From: an uncultured Nonlabens sp.
GTDB lineage: Bacteria > Bacteroidota > Bacteroidia > Flavobacteriales > Flavobacteriaceae
Assembly: GCA_947491755.1 (NCBI GenBank)
Contig: CANLKV010000005.1
Span: forward strand, 27,103-91,102
Length of the DNA stretch: 64,000 nucleotides
Direction: 5' to 3'
In this document: positions 38,137 through 51,634 of the stretch, one piece after another
Position numbering within the stretch: position 1 is the first letter of the stretch
Layout of the letters: the number at the start of each line of letters is the position of its first letter
Translations under genes and position numbers: made by a program
The notes under the pieces: model-generated
Databases searched by the model: none
What the model was told of the DNA's origin: nothing
The model's input: the letters and a program-made list of their open reading frames with translations, nothing else

Positions 38137-40539
38137 TTGCAATTTAGAACTGTTTTATTTCTTCTAGTTACCTGTTTCCTTTCACTTAGTGCGCTAGCAC
38201 AAAACAGTAAAATTACATTAAACGGCAGTGTAACTGATGTATATGGGACGCCTTTAATGGGAGCAAACATTACTATTGCAACCTTAAATATAGGCACTAC
38301 CGCTGGCCTGGATGGAACATATCAATTAGTGGTACCTCAACCTGGTATTTATCAAGTCACTTTTTCTTATGTAGGGTTTAAGAGCCAGGTACAGCGCATT
38401 GATTTTACCACAGGTTCATCAGTCGTCCAAAATATAAAATTGAAAGAAGATGCAGCAGCCCTGGACGCCATAAGCATACAGACAAAAAGCCAGATACGCC
38501 AGAAAAGAGAAGAAGCATATGCTATAAATGTTATTGACGCAGCCCAATTGTACAATACGAGCGCAGATATCAATGAGGTATTAGATCGTACCAGCGGCGT
38601 GCGCGTCAGGCAAAATGGTGGATTAGGATCTGATTTCACCTTCTCCCTTAACGGGTTCTCTGGTAGACAGGTTAAGTTTTTTTTAGACGGTATACCTATC
38701 GATAATTTTGGATCTTCATTAACGCTCAATAATTATCCTGTCAATCTAGCAGATCGTATCGAGATCTACAAGGGCGTCCTCCCTATAGAACTGGGTAGTG
38801 ATGCATTAGGGGGCGCGGTAAATATTATTACTCGTGACGATGCAAATTACCTAGACGCCTCGTACGGTTATGGATCTTTTAATACGCATCGCGCCAGTTT
38901 AAATGCCGCTTATACGCATCCTGTTAATGGTTTTACTGCACGACTTATTTCTTTCTATAATTTTTCAAACAATAATTATAAGGTTCGTGTACGACCCATT
39001 GATTTACAAACTAATCAGCGCTTACCAGAACAAGAGGTTGAACGCTTTCATGACGATTATGAGTCTGCAACCGCCCAGGTAGAAATAGGAGTGCGCGGTA
39101 AGTCATATGCAGATGAATTGCTCATAGGCTTTATTGCATCTGGTAACGACCGGGATATTCAAACCGGTGTGACCCAGGATCAAGTATTTGGTGCGCGTAC
39201 CGCCAGCGCTAGTGCTTTCATTCCTACTCTTAAATACCGTAAGAAAGATTTATTTACAGACGGCCTGGATATCAATTTCTATGGAGCTTATAACAACAAT
39301 CGTAATCAATTCATTGACACAACCAGGGTACGATTTAACTGGCTGGGGCAAAGTATACCCAGTACACAGGCAGAGTTTTTTAGAACACAATTACAAAACA
39401 AGGATCGCGAGGCGGTAACTACCACAAATCTAGCTTATAAGATAGATGAGCGCCAGGGTCTATCGATCAATCACAGCTTTTCTAACTTTAAACGCACTTC
39501 TAGCGATATAGAAAATCCTGAATCTCCTACCCTACAATTCCCCCAATCGCTCATTAAAAATATTGTGGGTGTTGCATACCAGTACCAGCGTGAGCGATTT
39601 AAAGCAACCGCATTTACCAAAGCCTATTTTTTAAATGCAAGAGCTTTTGTCAACAACTTTGGTCAGTCAGGGGATCAAGCGTTTACTGCAACACAGTCCA
39701 GCTCTACAAATTACGGTTATGGTGCTGCGGCATCATATTTTATTAAACCACGCTGGCAAATCAAAGCATCTTATGAGCAGGCATATCGACTGCCGCAAGC
39801 AGTAGAGTTACTAGGTGATGGATTGTTCACTACACGCAATGCAAACTTGCGACCAGAGTCCAGTGATAACTTTAATCTAGGTATGAAATATGAGTTTGTA
39901 CCTGCAGATGAGCATCGCATACAATTAGAGGCCACTTATTTATTGAGACTTACAAATAATTTTATCCAATTAAATCAAGCAAGCTCTCAACCTGTAGCGC
40001 GTCAATTTCTCAATATAGGCCAGGTAACTACTAATGGTTTAGAGCTCAACATTCAATACGACTGGAAACAACAGCTTACCGCTGGCATCAACCTGACCTA
40101 TCAGGATATCGTGGATAATCAGGAATTCATAACCAATACAAATCTGGGCGGCACGGTGCAATCTCCTAATTTTAACTTTGGCTTCCGCGTGCCTAACATT
40201 CCTTATTTGTACGGAAATGTAAATGTGGATTACGCTTTCGCGAAAGCGAACCCCTCATCAACATTGTCCAATAATTTTAAAATAGGCTACTCACTTAACT
40301 ATGTGCAAGAATATTTCTTGACGCCTAATCAATTAGGAGCTAATAATCAAGATAATATTCCTACCCAGCTATCTCATAGCCTGCGTGCCACATACAGCCT
40401 GGTTGATGGCAAGTTTAATATAGGGCTAGAATTAGACAACATCACAGATGAAGAATTATTTGATAATTACCTATTGCAGCGACCAGGTCGCGCATTCTTC
40501 CTTAACCTAAGATATTACATTGATAAACCTTTTAATTAA
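38137..40539 (+). CDS. TonB-dependent receptor
   Basis: Signal peptide, carboxypeptidase-regulatory-like N-domain, plug (GVRVRQNGGLGS, RIEIYKG, ALGGAVNIIT), C-terminal PGRAFFLNLRY. Confidence 0.92.
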   Translation: MQFRTVLFLLVTCFLSLSALAQNSKITLNGSVTDVYGTPLMGANITIATLNIGTTAGLDGTYQLVVPQPGIYQVTFSYVGFKSQVQRIDFTTGSSVVQNIKLKEDAAALDAISIQTKSQIRQKREEAYAINVIDAAQLYNTSADINEVLDRTSGVRVRQNGGLGSDFTFSLNGFSGRQVKFFLDGIPIDNFGSSLTLNNYPVNLADRIEIYKGVLPIELGSDALGGAVNIITRDDANYLDASYGYGSFNTHRASLNAAYTHPVNGFTARLISFYNFSNNNYKVRVRPIDLQTNQRLPEQEVERFHDDYESATAQVEIGVRGKSYADELLIGFIASGNDRDIQTGVTQDQVFGARTASASAFIPTLKYRKKDLFTDGLDINFYGAYNNNRNQFIDTTRVRFNWLGQSIPSTQAEFFRTQLQNKDREAVTTTNLAYKIDERQGLSINHSFSNFKRTSSDIENPESPTLQFPQSLIKNIVGVAYQYQRERFKATAFTKAYFLNARAFVNNFGQSGDQAFTATQSSSTNYGYGAAASYFIKPRWQIKASYEQAYRLPQAVELLGDGLFTTRNANLRPESSDNFNLGMKYEFVPADEHRIQLEATYLLRLTNNFIQLNQASSQPVARQFLNIGQVTTNGLELNIQYDWKQQLTAGINLTYQDIVDNQEFITNTNLGGTVQSPNFNFGFRVPNIPYLYGNVNVDYAFAKANPSSTLSNNFKIGYSLNYVQEYFLTPNQLGANNQDNIPTQLSHSLRATYSLVDGKFNIGLELDNITDEELFDNYLLQRPGRAFFLNLRYYIDKPFN
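40233..40248. repeat. 16-bp palindrome copy, perfect, inside the TonB receptor (AFAKA)
   Basis: CGCTTTCGCGAAAGCG. Confidence 0.95.
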
Positions 40540-40545
40540 AAAAAC

Positions 40546-41799
40546 ATGAAAACGATTTTAAAATCTGTATTTGCAGCTAGTTTGCTATTATTAAACAGTT
40601 GTAGTGATGATGATGACAACGCACCAGTCGCACCAGCAGCAAGTAATTTTGTACTGGGTGTAGGAGTAACTGATTCAAATTTTAACACGTCCAACTTTGT
40701 CCTGGCAACAGATAATGTGATGTCAGGAACTATCTCTTTACAGGGCCAAGGTATCCTGCAAGACGGTTACCGCGATTATGCTACTGGAGGCAACACGTTT
40801 TACAGTATAGGCGGTCTGGGTGTAACTGATGTAAATGCCTACAGCATTGCAGCAGACAGCACATTGCAGGTGCGTAATAATCTTACATTTCCCTTACAAA
40901 TTGATGGATTTAGAGAGGTAGATGATACAGGAAACACAATGGTAGGGATTTCTGTGCCACAGGATCAAACTGCAAATGCTGCGATTCTTTTTTACACAGT
41001 TGATATAGCTACAAATACTATTGAAACTACTGGACAAGTACCTTTCTCTAGTGTTAATCCAGATGTAGCCAACAGCCGTATTTTTACAACAGGAATGCAG
41101 GTAAGTGGTGATAAATTATACCAGACCTTTTATCTAATCAATCGTAATGATTTCAATACACCTAATACAGATACCCAGTATGTAGCGATTTATAATTATC
41201 CAGAATTTACGCTAGATACGGTGATTAGCGATACAAGATTTGGCCCAGCGGGAGCTTTTAATACTCGTAGCGGAATTTTTACAACAGCAAATGGAGATCT
41301 TTATACGGTTTCTAATAGCAACTTTGGGTTTACACAAGCAACAAAACCTGCTGGTATTTTAAGAATCCCTGCTGGTACCACATCGTTTGACCCTAACTAT
41401 ACATTTAATACAGAAACTACAGCAAATGGTGGAAAAATAATACACGCTATTTCGATAGGTAACGGTCGATTGTTTGCTGCTGTATCAAGCAAGGTACTAG
41501 AAGGGCCTGATGGAACAAACGGTTTCGGTAACGTTTACAGTGATACAAACCTACGTCTTGCCATTGTCGATTTACTTAATCAAACCATTACACCTGTATC
41601 TGGTGCTCCAGAATATACGGGCAACGGTGGTCGCAGTTTTGCCGCATTCCAGGATGGCAACCTGGTGTATTCTTCTATAGCAGATGATAATGGAGTGGTA
41701 AATATCTACCGCACAAATATCAATACTGCTACTGCAACTAAAGGCGCTGTAGTAGAAGGTACTTTTGTAGGTGGTATCGCAAAAATTGAATTGAATTAA
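40546..41799 (+). CDS. DUF4374-like surface lipoprotein
   Basis: Lipobox LNSC-SDDDD; beta-rich; SFDPNYTFN and GGIAKI motifs; PepSY-TBDT-lipoprotein context. Confidence 0.75.
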   Translation: MKTILKSVFAASLLLLNSCSDDDDNAPVAPAASNFVLGVGVTDSNFNTSNFVLATDNVMSGTISLQGQGILQDGYRDYATGGNTFYSIGGLGVTDVNAYSIAADSTLQVRNNLTFPLQIDGFREVDDTGNTMVGISVPQDQTANAAILFYTVDIATNTIETTGQVPFSSVNPDVANSRIFTTGMQVSGDKLYQTFYLINRNDFNTPNTDTQYVAIYNYPEFTLDTVISDTRFGPAGAFNTRSGIFTTANGDLYTVSNSNFGFTQATKPAGILRIPAGTTSFDPNYTFNTETTANGGKIIHAISIGNGRLFAAVSSKVLEGPDGTNGFGNVYSDTNLRLAIVDLLNQTITPVSGAPEYTGNGGRSFAAFQDGNLVYSSIADDNGVVNIYRTNINTATATKGAVVEGTFVGGIAKIELN

Positions 41800-41820
41800 A
41801 GATCATCAATACCTTATTGC

Positions 41821-41851
41821 AAAAGCCGTGACCCTGTGTCACGGCTTTTTT
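41821..41851 (+). terminator. Intrinsic terminator
   Basis: AAAAGCCGTGAC-cctgt-GTCACGGCTTTT. Confidence 0.85.
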
Positions 41852-41971
41852 ATTTCCTCAAACAAGGCGTAATGATCAACATACCCAAGAAAAGAATGTT
41901 TTACCAGACCGCTGGAAAAAGCATGATATATTAATGTTGTGATAAAAAGTCAAAATAAAGCGTTGACAGTT

Positions 41972-42015
41972 TTAGTTTTGTATAAGTTTATCTTTTATTT
42001 GTTAAACAAAACTAA
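41972..42015. promoter_or_regulatory. Candidate operator upstream of the CarH/LitR-type gene
   Basis: 10-bp inverted repeat TTAGTTTTGT...ACAAAACTAA with a nested TTTGTT-A-AACAAA palindrome. Confidence 0.4.
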
Positions 42016-42033
42016 GTCTAAAGGAGGATCTCT

Positions 42034-42948
42034 GTGATACGCACTACTTTTTCTATTAAAGATCTCGAAAATTTGAGCGGTATAAAAGCGCATACCATTC
42101 GTATATGGGAAAAGCGCTACGATCTACTCACACCCATGCGCAGCGATACGAACATACGCTATTATGACCTACAATCCTTACAAAAAATACTGAATGTAAG
42201 TTATTTAAAAAGTACGGGAAGTAAGATAAGTGCTATCGCAGCTTTATCTGATAAAGAGATTGAACAAGAGGTACGCAAGCTGGCACAAAAAACTCATCAG
42301 TCAAATCATTTACTGCAGGAGTTGAAGCTTGCAATGGTCAACTTTGATCAAGAATTGTTTAATAGTATTTATGACCGTGAAATGGAAAAAGGAGATTTTT
42401 CAACGGTTTTTCATAATTTATTAATTCCATTTTTAGAGGAATTAGGTAGACTCTGGCACTCAAACACGATCAATATAGCCCATGAACATTTTATTAGTAG
42501 CTTGATCAAACAAAAATTACTAGTAGAAATAGAACATGCAGCCTTACCATTTGAGAAAAAAAATGAGGAGCCTTTCATTCTATTCTTACCAGAGAATGAA
42601 ATGCATGATATAGGCTTATTATTTTTAAATTATAAATTGTTGAAATCTGGATACAACACGATCTATTTAGGGGCAAGTATGTTGTTAGACTCTCTTACTT
42701 TTTTTCAACGCAACGGACAGAGACCCATTTTTATGACATTCATAACTGTGGAGCCCACACCTAAAAAAATACCACGATTCCTAGAACAGTTTAATAAAAA
42801 AATGGATCATGCGCACCTTATTCTTATGGGGCGTGCCATGTCTCAAGTAAGTCACAAGCATTTGAGTGCTAACCATCACGTGATCAATAGCTATGATCAA
42901 ATTGAGAAATTTATACAGCAACAACTGGAAGAGCCTGCTATGGTATAA
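42034..42948 (+). CDS. MerR-family, B12-binding CarH/LitR-type regulator
   Basis: MerR HTH (FSIKDLENLSGIKAHTIRIWEKRY); W-x9-EH (WHSNTINIAHEH) and E-x-H-x-x-G (EMHDIG); heads the crt cluster. Confidence 0.85.
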   Translation: MIRTTFSIKDLENLSGIKAHTIRIWEKRYDLLTPMRSDTNIRYYDLQSLQKILNVSYLKSTGSKISAIAALSDKEIEQEVRKLAQKTHQSNHLLQELKLAMVNFDQELFNSIYDREMEKGDFSTVFHNLLIPFLEELGRLWHSNTINIAHEHFISSLIKQKLLVEIEHAALPFEKKNEEPFILFLPENEMHDIGLLFLNYKLLKSGYNTIYLGASMLLDSLTFFQRNGQRPIFMTFITVEPTPKKIPRFLEQFNKKMDHAHLILMGRAMSQVSHKHLSANHHVINSYDQIEKFIQQQLEEPAMV

Positions 42949-43083
42949 ATAGATGTAAACCTTAATCGAGATAACAACTGACTTTAAATAACTGAATTAA
43001 TTAAGCGATCTGCTAGAAGAACCATACCATTAACAAAACCTATCTTGCATGATCACCAATGACCCAACCAATCCTGAGTATTT

Positions 43084-44547
43084 ATGAATCAAAAAATTGC
43101 CATTATAGGATCTGGCTTCTCATCTCTAGCTGCAGCATCATACCTAGCGCAATCTGGGCATCAAGTAACTATTTATGAAAAGAATGATACCGTGGGCGGA
43201 CGTGCTAGACGTCTGGAGAAACAAGGGTTTACATTTGACATAGGTCCATCATGGTACTGGATGCCTGATATCTTTGAAAGATTTTTTGCTGATTTTGGTA
43301 AAAAGCCATCAGATTACTACCAGTTAGATAAACTAAACCCTGCTTATTCCGTTTATTTTAAAAACGACCGTATTAAAATAGGGGATAATCTAGAGTCTAT
43401 CAAAAAAACCTTTGAATCGATCGAGCCAGGCAGCGCACGTAAGTTGCAAGCGTTTATGGATAAGTCCAGTGAGAACTATGACATAGCTATTAAAAACCTA
43501 GTGTACCGCCCAGGAGAATCTCCATTAGAGCTAGTAACTCCGCAAACGGTAAAAAAGCTAGGCGCTTTTGTTAGTAACGTATCTAGGGATGTACGCAAAC
43601 AATTTAAGGACCCACGATTAGTATCAATACTTGAATTTCCAGTGCTTTTTTTAGGAGCTACTCCAGGTAATACACCCAGCTTTTATAATTTTATGAACCA
43701 TGCAGATTTTGGCTTGGGAACATGGCATCCTAAAGGCGGTATGTATGAGGTCATACTGGCCATGAAAAAATTAGCCGAGGAATTAGGGGTGGTTATAAAA
43801 ACAAATGCTCCAGTAACTGAAATATTAGTGAATGAAAAAGGAGCAGCACATGGTATATCACTAGACGGAGAGGTTCATCTTTTTGACACCGTACTTTCTG
43901 GGGCAGATTATCACCATTCTGAAACCTTGTTGCCTAAACAATACCGCCAATATTCCGAAGGTTATTGGGAGAAAAAAACCTTTGCTCCTAGTTCACTTAT
44001 ATTTTATGTAGGCTTTGATAAAAAGCTCAAAAATGTAGATCACCATAATCTATTTTTTGACACAGATTTTACAAAACACGCCAATGAAATTTATGAAGAC
44101 CCTCAATGGCCAGAGGATCCATTATTTTATGCAAACTTTACTTCAATTACTGACAATACAGCACCAGAAGGATGCGAGAACGGTTTTTTCCTTATTCCAC
44201 TAGCACCAGGATTAGAGGACACGCAGGAGCTGCGAGAAGAATACTTCAAAAAGATCATGGATAGGTTTGAAAAATTAACCGACCAAAATGTGACCGATCA
44301 TATTCTTTTTAAAGAATCTTTTTGCGTGAATGATTTTAAAGAAGCCTATAACAGTTATAAAGGAAACGCTTACGGTATGGCAAACACACTGTTACAAACA
44401 GCTTTTCTTAGACCCAATTTAAGAAGTAGAAAGGTAAAAAGTCTTTACTTTACAGGGCAATTAACCGTACCAGGACCAGGTGTACCTCCCTCGTTAATTT
44501 CTGGAAAGTTAGCAGCACAATTGATTAATAAACACTTGAGCAAATGA
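43084..44547 (+). CDS. crtI: Phytoene desaturase
   Basis: IIGSGFSSL, FDIGPSWYWMP, GQLTVPGPGVPPSLISG. Confidence 0.92.
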   Translation: MNQKIAIIGSGFSSLAAASYLAQSGHQVTIYEKNDTVGGRARRLEKQGFTFDIGPSWYWMPDIFERFFADFGKKPSDYYQLDKLNPAYSVYFKNDRIKIGDNLESIKKTFESIEPGSARKLQAFMDKSSENYDIAIKNLVYRPGESPLELVTPQTVKKLGAFVSNVSRDVRKQFKDPRLVSILEFPVLFLGATPGNTPSFYNFMNHADFGLGTWHPKGGMYEVILAMKKLAEELGVVIKTNAPVTEILVNEKGAAHGISLDGEVHLFDTVLSGADYHHSETLLPKQYRQYSEGYWEKKTFAPSSLIFYVGFDKKLKNVDHHNLFFDTDFTKHANEIYEDPQWPEDPLFYANFTSITDNTAPEGCENGFFLIPLAPGLEDTQELREEYFKKIMDRFEKLTDQNVTDHILFKESFCVNDFKEAYNSYKGNAYGMANTLLQTAFLRPNLRSRKVKSLYFTGQLTVPGPGVPPSLISGKLAAQLINKHLSK

Positions 44548-45383
44548 AAAGTCTCTTCGACCAGGTTTCCAGACAATGCAGTAAGACAGTAACTAATAAT
44601 TACAGCACGTCTTTCTCACTAGCAAGTAAAATGTTAGGACCTTCTATACGGCAGGACATCCATAACATTTATGGCTTTGTAAGATTTGCAGACGAGATCG
44701 TGGATACCTTTCACGATTATGATAAACGCAGCCTCCTAGATCGTTTTGAAGAAGACCTTAAACGAGCTATAGAAGAAAAAATCAGCCTCAATCCTATCTT
44801 GAATTCCTTCCAAGAGACCGTCAATAAATACAATATCACACCAGATATGTATGGCGCTTTCATTCACAGTATGCGACTGGATCTGGATAAAAGTGTTTAT
44901 CTAACAGAAGAGGAATATAAAAACTACATATACGGCAGTGCTGATGTAGTGGGGCTTATGTCTTTAAAGGTTTTTGTCAAAGGTGACCAGCAAAAGTATG
45001 ACGACTTGAAGGAAGATGCCATGAGACTAGGGAGCGCTTTTCAAAAAGTGAATTTTTTGAGGGACTTAAAAGCAGACCTAGACATCCTAGAACGCAGTTA
45101 TTTTCCTAATACCGATTTACAGGATTTGAAGGAAGAAGACAAAGCACGTCTTATTGAAGAGATAAAAGCAGATTTTGATGCAGGTCTTAATGGTATTCAA
45201 CGGTTACCTGTAGAGGCAAAACTAGGTGTATATACAGCTTATATTTATTACAGACGTTTATTAACCAGACTAGAACGCACACCATCTGCAGAAATACGCA
45301 ATACAAGAATACGAGTGCCTAATTATGAAAAAATTGGTTTACTAGCTAAGGGCTACGTAAGCTATAGACTCAATCTGATTTAA
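44544..45383 (+). CDS. crtB: Phytoene synthase
   Basis: YSTSF, RFADEIVD, YIYGSADVVG, FQKVNFLRD. Confidence 0.93.
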   Translation: MKSLFDQVSRQCSKTVTNNYSTSFSLASKMLGPSIRQDIHNIYGFVRFADEIVDTFHDYDKRSLLDRFEEDLKRAIEEKISLNPILNSFQETVNKYNITPDMYGAFIHSMRLDLDKSVYLTEEEYKNYIYGSADVVGLMSLKVFVKGDQQKYDDLKEDAMRLGSAFQKVNFLRDLKADLDILERSYFPNTDLQDLKEEDKARLIEEIKADFDAGLNGIQRLPVEAKLGVYTAYIYYRRLLTRLERTPSAEIRNTRIRVPNYEKIGLLAKGYVSYRLNLI

Positions 45384-45385
45384 TT

Positions 45386-47899
<2,514 letters not shown>

Positions 47900-47924
<25 letters not shown>

Positions 47925-49045
47925 CTATTGTAGGCATGGGTTGCGCTGGCAGTCATGTATTGCTGCAGTTACTGGATAACCCGTCCACGCGGGATATAAA
48001 GATCTTGGTGCTGGACGATTTTCAAGCAGATAGTCAGGAAAAAACTTGGAGCTACTGGGAGAAAGGAAATGGCAAGTGGGATCATTTAACATCACATATC
48101 TGGCCGCATGGCGCGTTTTATACCAATCGAGTCTCCATAGAATTTGATTTGCACCCTTATCAATATAAAACGATAGAAAGTCGTGATTTTATCGCTTTCG
48201 CGAAAGCGAAATTACAACAACATCCCAATTGCACTTATGTCAATGCCCGTGTTGAAGCGCATGTGGCAGGCACACCCGTTGTTCTCAAAACTAAAGAAAT
48301 GGAATACCAGGCAGATCTAGTTCTAGACAGCCGGGTACCCACTGCGTTTTATCAGGACGATCAGGCCACCACCCTGAAGCAACACTTTTTAGGTTGGAAA
48401 ATTAAAACAGCTGTAGCTTCATTTGACCCATCATCATTTGTAATGATGGATTATCGGATACAGGATCAAGGTACAACTAGCTTTATCTATATCTTACCCA
48501 CTAGTGAACGGGAAGCGCTGGTAGAATTTACTTACTTCTCGCCAGAAATTGTGAGTAACAAACGTTATGAGGATTTTATAAGGGAGTATCTATCGACACA
48601 TACAAATATCAAGGATTTTGAGATTATAGGACAAGAGCAAGGCATTGTACCCATGTCCACATACAGATTTGACCAGCATCATGAGGGCAATCTTTATAAA
48701 ATTGGTACAGCAGGTGGATGGGTAAAAGCCAGTACTGGATACAGTTTTAAAATGAGTGAAAAACGTGCAAAAATACTGGTAGCAAACTATGTGGCAAATC
48801 GCGATCTTGATAGTGGTATGCAAAAGAAGAGATTCCAGCTATATGACGAAATCATGTTGGATGTGCTGTCAGATCATAATGATCGCGGGCATTTGCTTTT
48901 TGAAAACTTGTACAAAAACAATCCTATCACACGTATTTTATCATTTTTAGATGAGGAAACAAGTTTTTCTCAGGAACTTAAAATCATGTTCCCATTAACA
49001 TCAATGCCCTTTATTAAAGGTTTTTTCCGCAGGATCTTGCAATAA
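47900..49045 (+). CDS. crtY: Lycopene beta-cyclase
   Basis: Likely start MDHHKYDIAIVGMGCAG; KTWSYWE, FIYILP, EQGIVPM, IGTAGG..KASTGY. Confidence 0.88.
48193..48208. repeat. 16-bp palindrome copy, perfect, inside crtY (AFAKA)
   Basis: CGCTTTCGCGAAAGCG. Confidence 0.95.
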
Positions 49046-49741
49046 CTCAGGAATTTCAAATCCTGGCCATGAGCCCGTAATTTTATAGGGCTGGAATCGA
49101 TTAAACATTTCTTCTTTGTACCACTGCAGTGCCTGTGTTTGCTGTACGGCATGACGATGATTTTGACCGCGATAGGCAAATTTTCTAAGTGCATTTTTAT
49201 CATCCCATAGACTGAAAGTTGCCATTTGCGTTACAGGCCGCTCGCCTACACCTGCTGTAAATAGTAAATGTGGGTTGTTGATTAGATCTAACTGAGAGGT
49301 AGGTACATAATCCCAAAATTTCTTAAGCATGGATAACTTGATGGTAGCCCTAGTTATAACAGCAATATACGGGTTGTTGTCATCGATTTGTTCGTGAGAC
49401 TCAAAAGGATTTTGTGCCGACCATTGACCGTGTGATTTAATATTTTTAAGATAAAAACACAATTGGTGAGAACTATTTTTTAGATAGCGCTGGTGTAATG
49501 GATGGTTTTTAAAATATGCTTGAGCTGCACTGAGGGAGTCCCATACTTGTAGCAATCCATAAACTGTAAAATCAGGTTTAGGATCAAAGTGTTCCTTACC
49601 GCTACCTAAAAGTTTGTAAAACTGAATACCTTCAACTTTTCTAAGCGGTTTTTTAGCAAACTGCATCATACTAAACGCCCATAGCTGTGTCGATAACTGG
49701 GAATATTTGAAAAAAGTAAGGGTTGTAATTTGCTGAGACAT
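49001..49741 (-). CDS. crtA: Spheroidene monooxygenase-like CrtA (probable carotenoid 2'-hydroxylase)
   Basis: FYKLLGSG, AVITRATIK, GVGERP..QMATFSLW, FAYR..H, WYKEEMFNRF; -7 TACCTTTG at 49751-49758. Confidence 0.8.
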   Translation of the reverse strand: MSQQITTLTFFKYSQLSTQLWAFSMMQFAKKPLRKVEGIQFYKLLGSGKEHFDPKPDFTVYGLLQVWDSLSAAQAYFKNHPLHQRYLKNSSHQLCFYLKNIKSHGQWSAQNPFESHEQIDDNNPYIAVITRATIKLSMLKKFWDYVPTSQLDLINNPHLLFTAGVGERPVTQMATFSLWDDKNALRKFAYRGQNHRHAVQQTQALQWYKEEMFNRFQPYKITGSWPGFEIPELLQDPAEKTFNKGH

Positions 49742-49839
49742 ACGTAAAATCAAAGGTAGCGATACCACAACAACACTAACAACTATAAATGGTATTAAGT
49801 AATGTATAAGGTCGTATCTTTTTGATCAAATTTTCCAGT

Positions 49840-51519
49840 ATGAAGATGATCAGGTATTTCTTATTTCCATTTCTAATATTTAGTAGTGCTACGATTTGTG
49901 CACAAACATATGCTCGACAAGGCATGGTCGTATCAGACAATACCCTAGCCAGTAAGGCTGGTGTAGATATCATGAAAGCTGGCGGCAATGCAATTGATGC
50001 ATCAATTGCCACAGCCTTTGCCCTAGCCGTGACCCATCCAGCGGCAGGAAATATAGGTGGTGGTGGTTTTATGGTGTATGTTCCTAAAAATGATACCGCT
50101 ACAACCATAGACTTTAGAGAAAAAGCACCACTAGCAGCTAGTTCTACTCTATTTTTAGATAAAGATGGGAAGTTACTTGCTAATAAAAACCATGAATCAA
50201 CACTTGCAATAGGTGTGCCTGGAACGGTGGCAGGACTCTATCTAGCACATCAAAAATATGGCTCCATGCCATGGAGGCGTGTATTACAACCAGCTATCGA
50301 TCTCGCACGAGAAGGTTTCCCTCTTACATGGGCTTTATTTAAAGACAGTGAGCGATTGCGACAGTCTGCAGCATCTGACTTTATAGCCTCATACTTTTTA
50401 AATTCTTCTGGAAAACCAACCCAATTTGAGGAGCTATGGAAACAGCCTGCGCTTGCTCAAACATTAGAGATCATTGCCCAGCAAGGAAAGGACGGCTTTT
50501 ACAAAGGAGTGGTAGCAGAAAAGATCGTGGAATTTATGCAAGAAAATCAAGGCATCATTACAAAAGAAGATCTTATAAAATACGAGGCTGTAGAACGTTT
50601 ACCTATAGTAACTACGTTTAAAGATTATACCATCTATAGTATGCCGCCACCTAGCTCTGGAGGTGTAACTATGGCTGCAATGCTCAATCTTTTTGAATTA
50701 GTGGATGTAAATGATGTACCTTTTAATTCTGCTGCCTATGTCCATATGCTTATCGAGTCTATGCGCCGTGGCTTTGCAGATCGTGCAGAATTTCTAGGCG
50801 ATCCCGATTTTAATCCAGATATGCCCGTTGCTCGCTTGATTTCAAAAGAACGAGCGGCGCAAAGATTTGCGGCCATTGATATTAAAAAAGCATCTGTAAG
50901 TGATTCTAGCGCATACGGTCATCCTTATGATGGTAAAAACACCACTCATTTTTCTGTAGTAGACCCATCGGGAAATGCAGTGAGCATTACCTATACTCTA
51001 GAGCAATCTTATGGCTCAAAATTAGGCAGCAAAGAGTTAGGATTCATTTTTAATAATGAAATGGGGGATTTTAATCCAGTACCCGGCATGACAAATTCGA
51101 CCGGTATGATAGGGTCTGATCCTAATACCATAGCACCAGAAAAACGCATGCTCTCTTCTATGAACCCGGTGGTAATCACTAAGGATGACACATTACACAT
51201 GGTCATGGGAAGTCCAGGCGGTCGAACAATTATTAATACGGTATTTCAAACTGTTTTAAACAGTATGCTGTATGATATGGACGTAGCTGAATCTATTGAG
51301 GCTCCAAAAATTCATCATCAATGGTTACCCGATGTAACTTATTACGAGAAAAATAAATTATCTCCTGATACTATTGAAAAGCTAAAACGAATGGGACATA
51401 AAATGAGACCTGTTGGTCAATTAGGGCGTCTTATGGGAATTCAATACAATCCACAAAACAATATTTTATCAGGCGCAGCGGACAGCTCTAGTCCTGATGG
51501 AGGAGCCGTAGGGTTTTGA
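49840..51519 (+). CDS. ggt: Gamma-glutamyltransferase
   Basis: GGNAIDA, NIGGGGF, DFREKAP, autocleavage site NTTHFS, LSSM, GSPGG. Confidence 0.93.
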   Translation: MKMIRYFLFPFLIFSSATICAQTYARQGMVVSDNTLASKAGVDIMKAGGNAIDASIATAFALAVTHPAAGNIGGGGFMVYVPKNDTATTIDFREKAPLAASSTLFLDKDGKLLANKNHESTLAIGVPGTVAGLYLAHQKYGSMPWRRVLQPAIDLAREGFPLTWALFKDSERLRQSAASDFIASYFLNSSGKPTQFEELWKQPALAQTLEIIAQQGKDGFYKGVVAEKIVEFMQENQGIITKEDLIKYEAVERLPIVTTFKDYTIYSMPPPSSGGVTMAAMLNLFELVDVNDVPFNSAAYVHMLIESMRRGFADRAEFLGDPDFNPDMPVARLISKERAAQRFAAIDIKKASVSDSSAYGHPYDGKNTTHFSVVDPSGNAVSITYTLEQSYGSKLGSKELGFIFNNEMGDFNPVPGMTNSTGMIGSDPNTIAPEKRMLSSMNPVVITKDDTLHMVMGSPGGRTIINTVFQTVLNSMLYDMDVAESIEAPKIHHQWLPDVTYYEKNKLSPDTIEKLKRMGHKMRPVGQLGRLMGIQYNPQNNILSGAADSSSPDGGAVGF

Positions 51520-51634
51520 TACCATCTAATTGAAAGAAAAACAGGACCATTGCAATTTATGTAGTCAACAAAACATTTTCAATAAAATAGCTCACTAAAT
51601 AATCTAGTCAAAAACAGCTGTACATATTAAATGT

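Noticed and set aside
36932-42948. TonB/DUF4374 system as the B12 importer for the adjacent CarH-type regulator
   Set aside because: No cobalamin riboswitch recognisable upstream, Fur-like boxes point to iron, and a strong terminator separates the units.
15041-43050. Shared TTAACAAAA-like words upstream of ClR and crtI as a CarH regulon
   Set aside because: Too short and AT-rich to be significant; no clear 11-bp direct-repeat phasing.
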